Shown here in pieces: positions 28,329 through 37,717 of a DNA stretch of 64,000 nucleotides. The DNA lies in NCBI GenBank assembly GCA_958296245.1, contig OY282458.1, positions 2,234,197-2,298,196 on the forward strand. Reading direction: 5' to 3'. This DNA is from an uncultured Dehalococcoidia bacterium (GTDB lineage: Bacteria; Chloroflexota; Dehalococcoidia; Lucifugimonadales; G958296245). A program made the translations under genes and the position numbers. Within the stretch, counting starts at the first letter, position 1; each line of letters opens with the position of its first letter. The notes under the pieces were generated by a model. The model was not told where the DNA came from. It made no database searches and worked only from the letters and a program-made list of their open reading frames with translations.

Positions 28329-28982
28329 ATGGTCTCCGGTCTGTTGAGGTCCCCTTCCCACAGAGATAGGGCGCATTCCCCTGTGGCCGTGCCCCCTGCC
28401 GACGCCGTGGAGGCTTTGGTGAAGGGTGCACAGGACGGCGACGCGGCGTCTTTAGCCGCGCTGTACGAGCACTTCTACGACAAGATATTCCGGTACGTGT
28501 CGTTCAAGACCGGCAACTCGAACGAGTCGGAAGACATCGTGGAGGACGTCTTCCTCAAGATGCTGGAGTCGATAGGGTCGTTCCGGTGGCAGGGCCACCC
28601 GTTCTCGTCCTGGCTGTTCAGGATAGCCCACAACCTCGTCGTGGACCACTTCAGGAAGAGAAGCCGCCGGAAGCAAGTCCCCTTGGAGGACGTGGCAGAG
28701 CTGGTCGGGTCGACTTCACATGACGTAGACAGCCGACTGGACGTCAAGGCCTCCCTTGCCAGGGTGCAGGACGCGATGTCCGAGTTGACCGCTCTACAGA
28801 GGGAGGTGCTCTCCCTCAGATTCGCAGCCGGGCTTTCGGTGATGGAGACCGCTCAGGCGATGGGGAAGAAGGAGAACGCGGTCAAGGCCCTGCAGCACGT
28901 GGCGATCAAGAGGCTGAGAGTTATCCTGGGCGCGCGGGGCCATGACCCGTCCAAGCAGGCGGTCCCGGGATGGAGCAGGTAG
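28329..28982 (+). CDS. ECF-type RNA polymerase sigma-70 family factor
   Basis: Region 2 (LYEHFYDKIFRYV....EDIVEDVFLK...F..WLFRIAHNLVVDHFRK) and region 4 (LTALQREVLSLRFAAGLSVMETAQAMG..ENAVKALQHVAIKRLR). The start is uncertain; the track start is 28260. Confidence 0.85.
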   Translation: MVSGLLRSPSHRDRAHSPVAVPPADAVEALVKGAQDGDAASLAALYEHFYDKIFRYVSFKTGNSNESEDIVEDVFLKMLESIGSFRWQGHPFSSWLFRIAHNLVVDHFRKRSRRKQVPLEDVAELVGSTSHDVDSRLDVKASLARVQDAMSELTALQREVLSLRFAAGLSVMETAQAMGKKENAVKALQHVAIKRLRVILGARGHDPSKQAVPGWSR

Positions 28983-28983
28983 A

Positions 28984-29868
28984 TTGTCCAAGCACCAAGA
29001 CATAAGCGACGTGCTCGACGAGTGCCTGGACCGAATGGCCAAGGGAGGCAGCATCGAGTCATGCGCCGAGCGGTATCCCGAGCGGCGGGCGGAGCTCATC
29101 CCGTTGCTGCGGGCGGCGTCGGCTGCGATGGGGGCGGCCTCGTCCATTTCGTACGACCCGGCGGCGAAACAGCGCGGGCTCCGCAGGCTGACGGAGGCTG
29201 CGAACAAGAGGCGCCCTTCTCGGACCGGGCCGTTCTCGTGGCTCAGGTGGAGGCCCAATCTGGTCAAGCCCTTGGCGGTCGGCCTGTCGGCGGTGGTGCT
29301 CATGACCGCGACGGCCTGGGGGACGTCCATGGCGTCCTCGGACACCGTGCCCGGAGACACGTTGTACTGGGTCAAGAGGACCCGTGAGAGCATCTCCCTG
29401 ATGATGCCCCAGTCCAACGTGTCGCGGGCGGAGAAGCACTGCGGCATGGCCGTGGAACGGGGCGAGGAGATGGGCAGGCTCATTGTACTCGGGAGATACT
29501 CGGATGCCGACCAGCACGTCGATCAGGTCGCGCACCACATCAGCATGACAGCCGAGACCGTCGGCATAAACGGGCCTGCCAATCCTATGGAGATGCCCGT
29601 CTTCGACACGGACGTCATAGACCGGCGTACGGTTACTCATCTGCAGACGCGGATTGCCCGCGATCGGGAACGGCTCTACGTCGTCCTGATCGAGATCCGG
29701 GAGGAGCTCCCGCCGGATGCGCGTCACCAACTCGACATGCTCAGGCTACAGTCGGAGTTGCAGTTCCGCGCAATGCTCGCCTCCCTGAACGGTCAGGGCT
29801 CGCCCATATGGGGTCCGATCTGGATTGCCGAGCCGACGTGGATCGTAGAGGCTGCCCATGAGCGCTGA
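28984..29868 (+). CDS. putative anti-sigma factor, single-pass membrane protein
   Basis: It lies immediately downstream of the ECF sigma gene; TTG 28984 is one nt after the sigma stop. It has a cytoplasmic N-terminus (DVLDECLDRMAKGGSIESCAERYPE), one TM helix (LAVGLSAVVLMTATAW) and an extracytoplasmic C-terminus. Confidence 0.6.
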   Translation: MSKHQDISDVLDECLDRMAKGGSIESCAERYPERRAELIPLLRAASAAMGAASSISYDPAAKQRGLRRLTEAANKRRPSRTGPFSWLRWRPNLVKPLAVGLSAVVLMTATAWGTSMASSDTVPGDTLYWVKRTRESISLMMPQSNVSRAEKHCGMAVERGEEMGRLIVLGRYSDADQHVDQVAHHISMTAETVGINGPANPMEMPVFDTDVIDRRTVTHLQTRIARDRERLYVVLIEIREELPPDARHQLDMLRLQSELQFRAMLASLNGQGSPIWGPIWIAEPTWIVEAAHER

Positions 29869-29935
29869 CCTGAGCAACGGCAATGGGGGCACACGCGTCG
29901 GGCCGTCTAGGAATGGACCGCCCCAATAGCAGGCC

Positions 29936-29980
29936 TTAGATTCCTCACTCCGCCGGCGCTGCGTTCGGAATGACATGGGG
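29936..29980 (+). repeat. family B repeat unit
   Basis: TTAGATTCCTCACTCCGCCGGCGCTGCGTTCGGAATGACATGGGG, compared with the 24087 unit. Confidence 0.6.
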
Positions 29981-29981
29981 G

Positions 29982-30015
29982 GTCGAAAAGGACCTCACGA
30001 AGTCTGAACAGTTAC
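29982..30015 (+). repeat. family A repeat, solo right terminus
   Basis: GTCGAAAAGGACCTCACGAAGTCTGAACAGTTAC is identical in pattern to 8692..8725. Confidence 0.75.
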
Positions 30016-30096
30016 GACCAAGGGGAGTGTTGCCCCGGTATGCCTCAATACTTATAATGCTCGTAATGCTCGTACTTAGCGACAGGAGGCGGCGCC

Positions 30097-31500
30097 ATGA
30101 CAGCCAGCGACCACGACATCGCGCTCATTGCTCACCTGATGCGCAGGGCCGGCTTCGGCGCCTCGCGGGCCGAGCTAGAGGACTTGGCCGAGAGAGGGTA
30201 CGGCTCTGTAGTAGAAGACCTGCTGAATCCGGAGCAGCAGCCTGATATAGATGAGGACACCCTCTATCGCTATCTCCCGATGATCGAGGTGCCCAACACC
30301 GTAAATCATGCCCAGATGAAGTGGCTCTACTGGATGGCCAACACCCGGAAGCCCCTCCAGGAGAAGGTGGCCCTGTTCTGGCATCACGTCTTCGCAACCG
30401 GAAACGCCAAGGTGGAGTCCCATACCGACATGCTGGTCCAGGTCGGGATGTTCCGGGAGCACGGCATGGGCAACTTCCGCAACCTACTCATGCGCCTCGC
30501 TGAGGACCCGGCCATGATCTACTGGCTGGATAACAACGAGAACCACAAGCGGGCGCCCAATGAGAATTGGGGCAGAGAGCTTCTAGAGCTGTTTGCCTTG
30601 GGGGTCGGAAGCTACACCGAAAAGGACGTGTACGAATGTTCCAGAGCCTTCACCGGTTGGACCATGGCGCCCAAGATACCGGGCGTGCCCTGGGGTCCGT
30701 GGCCGTGGGGCTTCCTGTATAAAGCCGAAGACCACGACTTCACCGACAAGACCTTCCTGGGTCATACCGGCAACTTCAACGGCGAGGACATCATCGACGT
30801 CGTCGTAAGACAGCCGGCGTCGGCGCTCTTCATTTCGAGGCACCTGTACAACTTCTTCGTCGCAGACGAGCACCCGGTGCCGGCGTGGCCGACTACTCCG
30901 CCCAAGGACCCCGAGGCGGTCAAGGCCATAGCAGATTCGCTGATCGAATCCGGATTCGAGATGAAGGCGGCGCTTCGCACGATACTCACGTCGGACTTCT
31001 TCAAGAACGCCGCCTATCAGCGGGTAAAGAACCCCGTCGAGGTGTTCATAAATACCCTCAAGATCACCGGCGACATGCTGGAGCCTGAGCCGAGATGGAT
31101 TGAGGCGTCCGACGAGCCTATCTACATGGGGCAGGAGGTACTCAACCCCCCCACCGTCGAAGGGTGGCACACCGGCAGAGAGTGGGTCAACAGCGGCGCT
31201 CTGATCAGCAGGGTTAACTTCGTTGCAGACCGCGTTAGCAACGTAGACCTGCCCGGCGTCCGCGACATCATACGCCGGGTGTCGGACAATGGATCGGCTA
31301 TCAGCGCTGCGGAGCTCGTCGACAGGTGCCTGGACCTCATCGGCCCTCTGGAGGTTACCGAGGAGACGCGCAAGGAGCTCATAGAGGAGGCGGAGGGCAC
31401 TGTAGCGGCAGGCTCCGGCGGCAGCAACGGCGACCTCCCGCAGAGGGTGGCCGACGTTCTCGCCCTCATAGCAGGCACCAGAGAGTACCAGTTCTGCTAG
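30097..31500 (+). CDS. DUF1800-family protein
   Basis: HLMRRAGFGASRAELE N-terminal signature, WHHVFAT and length. No DUF1501 partner is adjacent. Confidence 0.75.
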   Translation: MTASDHDIALIAHLMRRAGFGASRAELEDLAERGYGSVVEDLLNPEQQPDIDEDTLYRYLPMIEVPNTVNHAQMKWLYWMANTRKPLQEKVALFWHHVFATGNAKVESHTDMLVQVGMFREHGMGNFRNLLMRLAEDPAMIYWLDNNENHKRAPNENWGRELLELFALGVGSYTEKDVYECSRAFTGWTMAPKIPGVPWGPWPWGFLYKAEDHDFTDKTFLGHTGNFNGEDIIDVVVRQPASALFISRHLYNFFVADEHPVPAWPTTPPKDPEAVKAIADSLIESGFEMKAALRTILTSDFFKNAAYQRVKNPVEVFINTLKITGDMLEPEPRWIEASDEPIYMGQEVLNPPTVEGWHTGREWVNSGALISRVNFVADRVSNVDLPGVRDIIRRVSDNGSAISAAELVDRCLDLIGPLEVTEETRKELIEEAEGTVAAGSGGSNGDLPQRVADVLALIAGTREYQFC

Positions 31501-31634
31501 CGCAGCGGTTGACCAGAGCTTTGACGAAGGCTCATCTTCCGGCATGAGCCGATGGCAGCGGGCTTGCCGTCTGCTTGGGCGCAGGCGTGCGCTCCGTTAT
31601 TTCAGCAGCCCCTAACTGAACGCCAGGGGCGGGG

Positions 31635-32432
31635 CTACCTCATCGCAAGGCCGCCTGAGACCACGATAGTTTCGCCTGTTATGTAGGCGGCGTCGGGGCC
31701 GGCCAGAAATGCCACGACGCCGGCGACGTCTTCCGGCACGGAGATACGCCCCAAGGGGACGCCGGACGCGCGCCGGCGCAGGAACTCGCCTTCGGGCAGC
31801 CCCTCTTGCTCGACGCCTATGAGGCGGTCCAGTGTCTGATTGAAGGCTGTGTTGACTATGCCGGGAGCGACGGCGTTCACCCTAACCCCGTGCTCGGCGA
31901 CCCTGAAGGCAGCCGACTTGGTCAGATTGATCACCGCGGCCTTGCTCGCCGCGTACGGCGGCGACAGCGTGATCCCCGGGTCTATTCCGGCTATGGAAGC
32001 CAGGTTGATTATGACGCCGCCGCGCTGCTCGATCATCTGCCTCGCCGCGGCCTGCATGTGGAAGAACAGGCCCTTGAGGTTAAGATTCATGGTGCGGTCC
32101 CACGTCTCCTCGGTGACGTCCGGGAACGGCGCGGCCCAGATAGCGCCGGCGTTGTTGACCATGACGTCGAGCCTCCCGTACGACTCGACGACGCCCGCTA
32201 CCAGCCTGTCCGCATCGGCCAAGTTGGAGGCGTCATAGACGCCCGTAGCCAGCTTGAAGGCGGACCTCCGGCCATCGTCTTCGAGAGCGTTGAGCAGGTC
32301 TGAGCGCAGGTCTGTTCCAAACACCATCGCACCGTCGGCGGCCAGACGCAACGCAATGGCGCGGCCGTTACCCTGGCCGGCTCCGGTTACGATAGCGACC
32401 CTATCCTCCAGGGGTTTGGTTCCTTTCGGCAT
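31635..32432 (-). CDS. SDR-family oxidoreductase
   Basis: VAIVTGAGQGNGRAIA cofactor motif, NNAG, and YAASKAA catalytic motif. Confidence 0.88.
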   Translation of the reverse strand: MPKGTKPLEDRVAIVTGAGQGNGRAIALRLAADGAMVFGTDLRSDLLNALEDDGRRSAFKLATGVYDASNLADADRLVAGVVESYGRLDVMVNNAGAIWAAPFPDVTEETWDRTMNLNLKGLFFHMQAAARQMIEQRGGVIINLASIAGIDPGITLSPPYAASKAAVINLTKSAAFRVAEHGVRVNAVAPGIVNTAFNQTLDRLIGVEQEGLPEGEFLRRRASGVPLGRISVPEDVAGVVAFLAGPDAAYITGETIVVSGGLAMR

Positions 32433-32454
32433 GGATGCCGCCCTCCAACACCCT

Positions 32455-33699
32455 TTAGGAGCCTGCCGCTTTGCCGGCCTCTGTCATGAAGCCCTCCTGC
32501 CGAAGGACGGCGGCCTTGTCTGTCCGTTCCCAGGGCAGGTCGACGTCGACCCGCCCGAAGTGGCCGTAGGCGGCGGTCGGCTTGTAGATGGGGCGCCTCA
32601 AGTCCAGGTCCAAGATGATGGCGCCCGGCCTCAGGTCGAAGTGCTTGTCGATAAGCTCGACTATCTTGGCGTCGGGGACATTGTTGGAGTCGAACGTCTC
32701 CACGGAGACCGAGATAGGCCGCGCTATACCTATGCCGTACGATACTTGTACCTCGACCCGGTCCGCGAGTCCGGCCGCTACGACGTTCTTCGCTACGTAT
32801 CTGGCGGCATACGCCGCCGACCTGTCCACCTTCGTTGGGTCTTTGCCGGAGAATGCCCCTCCGCCGTGTCTGGCGATGCCGCCGTAGGTGTCGACGAGTA
32901 TCTTGCGCCCCGTCAGCCCTGTGTCGCCCACGGGGCCGCCGATCACGAAACGACCGGATGGGTTGACGTGGTAGATCGTGTCCCGGTCGATCATATCCCG
33001 CGGGATCACCTCGTGCGCCACCTGCTCGATCAGATCGCGTTCTATCACCGACCGGCTCACCTCGGGGTTGTGCTGACTGCTCATCAGTACGGTATGCACA
33101 CGCCTGGGCTGACCGAAGGCGTACTCCACCGTCACCTGCGCTTTGCCGTCGGGCCGCAGATACGGGAGCACGCCATCTTTGCGGATCTCCGCCATCCTGT
33201 AGCACAGCCTGTGCGCCAGAGCGATCGGCAGGGGCATGAGTTCGTCGGTCTCGTTGCAGGCAAACCCCACCATCATCCCCTGGTCGCCGGCTCCCACCGA
33301 ATACGGCGGGAGCCCGGAGTCGGTCTGTTCGTCCCTGACCTCGAGAGCCACGTTCACCCCGTGGGCGATGTCGGGGGACTGCTCGTGGACCGACACGGCC
33401 ACGCCGCAGGACTGGTAGTCGAACCCGTAGGAGGAGTCCTGATACCCGGCCTCCTTCAACGTATGGCGCACGACGCTCGGGATGTCGACGTAACCCTTCT
33501 CCAGCGTGATTTCGCCCATGACCACGACGAGGCCGGTGGTGACGCAGACCTCGCAGGCCACCCGCGACATGGGGTCGATTCGCAGGAACGCGTCCAGGAT
33601 GGCGTCGGACATCTGGTCGCACAGCTTGTCCGGGTGCCCTTCCGTGACCGACTCCGACGTAACCAAGTAGGATGGCGATTCTTTGAAGCTCAACGACAT
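32455..33699 (-). CDS. metK: S-adenosylmethionine synthetase
   Basis: [51 protein letters not shown]. Confidence 0.96.
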   Translation of the reverse strand: MSLSFKESPSYLVTSESVTEGHPDKLCDQMSDAILDAFLRIDPMSRVACEVCVTTGLVVVMGEITLEKGYVDIPSVVRHTLKEAGYQDSSYGFDYQSCGVAVSVHEQSPDIAHGVNVALEVRDEQTDSGLPPYSVGAGDQGMMVGFACNETDELMPLPIALAHRLCYRMAEIRKDGVLPYLRPDGKAQVTVEYAFGQPRRVHTVLMSSQHNPEVSRSVIERDLIEQVAHEVIPRDMIDRDTIYHVNPSGRFVIGGPVGDTGLTGRKILVDTYGGIARHGGGAFSGKDPTKVDRSAAYAARYVAKNVVAAGLADRVEVQVSYGIGIARPISVSVETFDSNNVPDAKIVELIDKHFDLRPGAIILDLDLRRPIYKPTAAYGHFGRVDVDLPWERTDKAAVLRQEGFMTEAGKAAGS

Positions 33700-33852
33700 G
33701 ATTATTTAATCCTTCCCTTTCGGCCGCATTTCGTTTTACGCGCTGTGACCACGCGGGAGCGACCCGCGGCCTTGATTCTAGGACACTCTGAACAATTGGG
33801 GATTGACCGTGGTATACATTCTAAATGAAGACGCCCAATGAATGTGAGGGAC

Positions 33853-33976
33853 GTTAACTGTTCAGACTTCGTGAGGCGCTTTTCGACTGGCGCAGCCCCG
33901 GTAAACCAGACGTCTTTGATCCCCACCCGCCCCTTGGTAACTGGGGGCACAGCCCCCCAGACCCCCTTGCCGGAGG
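33853..33976 (-). repeat. family A repeat, inverted orientation, one terminus only
   Basis: GTTAACTGTTCAGACTTCGTGAGGCGCTTTTCGACTGGCGCAGCCCCGGTAAACCAGACGTCTTTGATCCCCACCCGCCCC.. is nearly identical to the 26305 copy. Confidence 0.75.
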
Positions 33977-34017
33977 ATTGAGCGCGGCCTCGGCGGCTGA
34001 CCGAGGAATCCGCCCTC

Positions 34018-35661
34018 TTATCCGGCCCCGCTGCGGCGCTTTTCGATGTCCCGCAACTCGTTGCGGCGTATCTTGCCGCTTATAGTCTTGGGCAGATTGT
34101 CCACGAACTCGATCTCGCGCGGGTACTTATAGGGAGCAGTCACCCGCTTGACGTGGTCCTGAAGCTCCGCGGCTACTTCCGGAGACGCCCGCCGACCCGG
34201 CGCCAGCGTGACGAACGCCTTGACGATCTGGCCGCGCATCGGATCATCCTTTCCCACCACGGCCGTCTCGGCCACCGCCTCGTGCTCCAGCAGAGCCGAC
34301 TCGACCTCGAAAGGGCCGATGCGGTACGCGGCGCTGATTATCACGTCGTCGGCGCGGCCCACGAACCAGTAGTAACCGTCCTCGTCCCGCGTCGCGAGGT
34401 CTCCCGTGTAGTACCACCCGCCCCGGAAGCTCTTGGAGTTGGCGTCCGCGTTCTTCCAATACTCCTTGAATAGGCCGACCGGGCGCTCCGGGCAGGTCCT
34501 GACGGCTATCTCGCCCTCCTCCCCGGCCGGCAACTCGTTGCCGTCATCGTCGACGACGGCCATATCGAAGCCGGGCCCAACCACTCCCATAGAGCCGGGC
34601 CTATACTCCATACCCGGAAAGGTGGCCGCCAACAGGGTGGTCTCGGTCTGACCGTATCCTTCCCATATGTGCAGTCCCATGCTCTCCCGCCACGCGTCTA
34701 TAACCTCGGGGTTCACGGCCTCGCCGGCGCCCACGCAGTGGCGCAGCGCCGCCGGCCGGTATCTGCCCAGGTCGAGTTGCACCATGAGCCTGTAGGCGGT
34801 GGTGGGGCCGAAGAACGTCGTGATCGGATACTTCTCGAACATCCGCAGCGTGCCCTCGGGGTCGAAGCGCCCCCGGGCCTCCCAGACGAACAGCGCCGCC
34901 CCCATATTCCACGGCGCATAGAAGCAGGTCCACGCCGCCTGAGCCCAGCCTGTGTCAACCGGCGTCCAGTGCAGGTCGGTGGGCCGGTTGTCCAACCAGA
35001 ACTTGCCCGTCGCGACGTGCGCGATGGGGTAGGAGGCATGGGTATTGACGACCATCTTGGGATGGCCCGTGGTGCCTGAAGTGAAGTAGATGATGAGCGG
35101 GTCGGACGACAGATTGTTGGGGTTGGGCAGACTGGGGGACGCCCGCTTGACCAACTCTTCGTATCCGAGGTGCGGAGGGCGGGAGCCGCCCACCACCACC
35201 ACGTGCTCGATGCTCGGGCACCCCTGCCGGACGGCCTCTATCTTCCCGACGTTTTCGGGATCGGTGACTACTACGGACGCCTCCGAGGCGTTGATCCGGT
35301 AGGTCAGGTCGTTCTCAGTCAGGAGCGTCGTTACCGGCACGGGGACCAGCCGCGCCCGCATGCAGCCGAGCACGAGTTCCCACCACTCGACCACGCGCGG
35401 CAGCATCGTCAGCACCCGGTCGCCCGGCCTTGCGCCCATCCCCGTCAGGGCGTTGGCGATCCGGCGAGACCGCTCGGACATCTCTCTGAAGGTGATCTCG
35501 CGGGTGCTGCCGTCGTCGCCGGCCCAGACCATCGCCACCTTTCGAGGATCACGCGCCCAACGGTCGAACACCTCGTAGGCCCAATTGTAGCGCTCCGGCG
35601 CCTCCGGCTTGAAGTTCCGGTACGTCTCGCGGTAGTTGCCTATCTGATACTGCTGACCCAT
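34018..35661 (-). CDS. AMP-forming acyl-CoA synthetase/ligase (ANL superfamily)
   Basis: AMP-binding motif IIYFTSGTTGHPKMV, YGQTE, YYTGDLATRDEDGYYWFVGRADD, and the C-terminal GKIRR. Confidence 0.9.
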   Translation of the reverse strand: MGQQYQIGNYRETYRNFKPEAPERYNWAYEVFDRWARDPRKVAMVWAGDDGSTREITFREMSERSRRIANALTGMGARPGDRVLTMLPRVVEWWELVLGCMRARLVPVPVTTLLTENDLTYRINASEASVVVTDPENVGKIEAVRQGCPSIEHVVVVGGSRPPHLGYEELVKRASPSLPNPNNLSSDPLIIYFTSGTTGHPKMVVNTHASYPIAHVATGKFWLDNRPTDLHWTPVDTGWAQAAWTCFYAPWNMGAALFVWEARGRFDPEGTLRMFEKYPITTFFGPTTAYRLMVQLDLGRYRPAALRHCVGAGEAVNPEVIDAWRESMGLHIWEGYGQTETTLLAATFPGMEYRPGSMGVVGPGFDMAVVDDDGNELPAGEEGEIAVRTCPERPVGLFKEYWKNADANSKSFRGGWYYTGDLATRDEDGYYWFVGRADDVIISAAYRIGPFEVESALLEHEAVAETAVVGKDDPMRGQIVKAFVTLAPGRRASPEVAAELQDHVKRVTAPYKYPREIEFVDNLPKTISGKIRRNELRDIEKRRSGAG

Positions 35662-36812
35662 CAGCGGGAAGCCCCTTCCGGCCGGCCCAGAACGCCCCGC
35701 TCCTTCATCCGGCCCACTTGGCCGCCGTCGTATCCCAGCTCAGCCAGCACCGCCGACGAGTGCTCACCGAGCGCCGGCGCGCCTCGGCGGGGCGAAACGT
35801 CGCCCGTTGAGAATAGCGCCGGCAGCCTCAGGAGCTGCGCCGCCCCGGAATCGGCGGCCACCTGTCTCCAACGCATCTGAGGCGAGGCCAAGGCCTCCTC
35901 CAAGCTGACGACTACGGCGAAGGGGACGTCGGCGCCGCCCAGGGCGTCCTCCCACTCGGCGGCGCTGCGGCCGCTGAACGTCCTATGCAGCGCATCCCGG
36001 ATCTGCCCGGCGCAGCGGGTCCGCTGTTCGAACGCGAGGTCCGCCAGGCCGGCGAGGCCGACGGCTTCGCATAGACGCCTCCAGAAGTGATCTTCGTGAA
36101 CTATGCCCAGGCTTACCCACCGACCGTCGGCGGTCGGGAAGAGTCCGTAGTGAGGGATGGAGGTTACGTTAGGGCGCGCCGCGCAGCCGCCGTCCCGCAG
36201 CCGACCGAGCTCAGGGCCCAGCAGCGCCAGGGCGGCCTCAGTCATCGACAGGTCGATGTAGACGCCTCTGCCTGAGGCCGTCCTGCCTGCGAGTCCCGCC
36301 AGGACGGCAATAGCCGCGTATAGACCGGACACCAGGTCCGACACGAGGACGGGCGGGGGCGAAGGCGCCCCGTCCATGGCGGCCTGCACCCCCAGATAGC
36401 CGCTCAGGGCGAGGTAGTTCAGGTCGTGGGCCGGCCGGTCGCGCCAAGGGCCGTCCTGTCCGAATCCCGAAATCGAGCAGTAGACCAGAGCCGGGTTGAT
36501 CCCTTGCAGCCTCTCGCGGCCGGCGCCGAGCCGTTCCGCCACGCCTGGCCGCCACCCTTCCAGTACGACGTCCGCGCGCCCCGCCAACGCGGCCAAGACG
36601 TCCCGGCCCTCAGGAGACTTCAAATCCAGCACCACGCTCTCCTTGCCGCGGTTCAGGCCGGCCCACATGCCGGGGCTGTGACGCAGGGGGTCGCCCCCGG
36701 GAGGCTCTACACCGACCACTCTCGCCCCCAAGTCTCCCAATATCGACGAGCAGAAAGGCCCGGGCACGTTCACGCACAGATCGAGCACCGCCAAGCCGTT
36801 CAGCGGCTTCAT
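35661..36812 (-). CDS. family III CoA-transferase (CaiB/BaiF type)
   Basis: LNGLAVLDLCVNVPGPFCSSILGDLGARVVGVEPPGGDP. ATG 36812 overlaps the upstream stop (ATGA); the track start at 36878 is an extension. Confidence 0.88.
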   Translation of the reverse strand: MKPLNGLAVLDLCVNVPGPFCSSILGDLGARVVGVEPPGGDPLRHSPGMWAGLNRGKESVVLDLKSPEGRDVLAALAGRADVVLEGWRPGVAERLGAGRERLQGINPALVYCSISGFGQDGPWRDRPAHDLNYLALSGYLGVQAAMDGAPSPPPVLVSDLVSGLYAAIAVLAGLAGRTASGRGVYIDLSMTEAALALLGPELGRLRDGGCAARPNVTSIPHYGLFPTADGRWVSLGIVHEDHFWRRLCEAVGLAGLADLAFEQRTRCAGQIRDALHRTFSGRSAAEWEDALGGADVPFAVVVSLEEALASPQMRWRQVAADSGAAQLLRLPALFSTGDVSPRRGAPALGEHSSAVLAELGYDGGQVGRMKERGVLGRPEGASR

Positions 36813-37696
36813 CACCCCAGGCCGATGTCCTTGAAGTACTGGCGGGTGCGTTTCGCAACGGGCAGCGGGACGTCCCACGATACGCCGAACATGTCCTGTT
36901 CGACCACGGCCCAGCCGTCGTAATCGATCTCTTCCATCAGACGGCGCAGCGCGGCAAAGTCCACGACGCCCCGGGAGGGTTCGCAGAAGACGCCGAGGCT
37001 CGTGGCCTTGGCCATCGGGAGGCGCTCCGCGTTGACCCTTCGCAGCTTCTCGGCGTCGACGCTCTTGAGATGCACGTAGGGGATGCGCTCGTGATGTCTT
37101 CGCATGAAGGCCACCGGCTCGCCGCCTTTGTAGGCGTGATGGCCCGTGTCGAGGCAGAGAGAGACCAACGCCGGGTCGGTCTTCTCCAAGTACGTCTCGA
37201 TCTGGTCCTCGTACTCGACGTGGGCCGACGCGTGAGGGTGGTAGGTGAGCCGAACGCCGTTCTTCCGGGAGACCTCGGCCATGCGGTGGGAGATTTCCAC
37301 CGTCCGCGCCCAGCCGTCGTCATCCAGGGTCTTCTCCGAGATTTGCTCCCCGGTGAACGGGTCCGTGTGCCCTTCGCCGATGAGCACGACGTACTCCCCG
37401 CCCAGCTCTCTCAGGAGAGCCGACCGCCTCTCGACGATCTGCTCCAACTCCGGCCAGTCCTCCGGATCGTGGAGCTTCCCCACGGCGTTCGCGCCTATGA
37501 CCTTCAGCCCCCTGCCGCCAAGCTCGCGGCGCAGGACCTCCGGATTGGTAGGCAGGTAACCTTCCGGCCCCAGCTCGACGGCCTCGTAGCCGGCCGCCGC
37601 CGACTCGTCCAAGAACCGGCTCCACGGAGGCTGCCGGGGGTCGTCGGCGCGCCATACGCCCCAGGAGTCGGGAGACGATGCGATTCTCACCCTCAT
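36812..37696 (-). CDS. sugar phosphate isomerase/epimerase (xylose isomerase-like TIM barrel)
   Basis: AP-endonuclease-2/xylose-isomerase-like barrel pattern (YEAVELG., ..HPH.., LDTGH) and length. Confidence 0.75.
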   Translation of the reverse strand: MRVRIASSPDSWGVWRADDPRQPPWSRFLDESAAAGYEAVELGPEGYLPTNPEVLRRELGGRGLKVIGANAVGKLHDPEDWPELEQIVERRSALLRELGGEYVVLIGEGHTDPFTGEQISEKTLDDDGWARTVEISHRMAEVSRKNGVRLTYHPHASAHVEYEDQIETYLEKTDPALVSLCLDTGHHAYKGGEPVAFMRRHHERIPYVHLKSVDAEKLRRVNAERLPMAKATSLGVFCEPSRGVVDFAALRRLMEEIDYDGWAVVEQDMFGVSWDVPLPVAKRTRQYFKDIGLG

Positions 37697-37717
37697 GGCA
37701 GACCTCCTCCCTGCTCT

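Noticed and set aside
32254-33828. Very long ORFs (524 aa on the plus strand; 411 aa on the minus strand at 32387..33622) overlapping metK
   Set aside because: metK in its own frame is unmistakable ([25 protein letters not shown]). The alternative frames are Arg/Gly/Pro-rich with no recognisable domains. For the same reason I rejected other long shadow ORFs, including 521..1417, 17691..18794, 21526..22338, 21777..22736, 30583..31545, 38114..38752, 43007..44011, 44520..45287, 15445..16164 and 16103..16921.
33700-33852. Possible SAM riboswitch in the metK leader
   Set aside because: The leader contains a GGCCGC...GCGGCC long-range pairing that encloses a CGCGGG/CCCGCG hairpin. I could not match it from memory to SAM-I, SAM-II, SAM-IV or SAM/SAH consensus features. 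It needs an Rfam/Infernal scan and is not reported as a feature.
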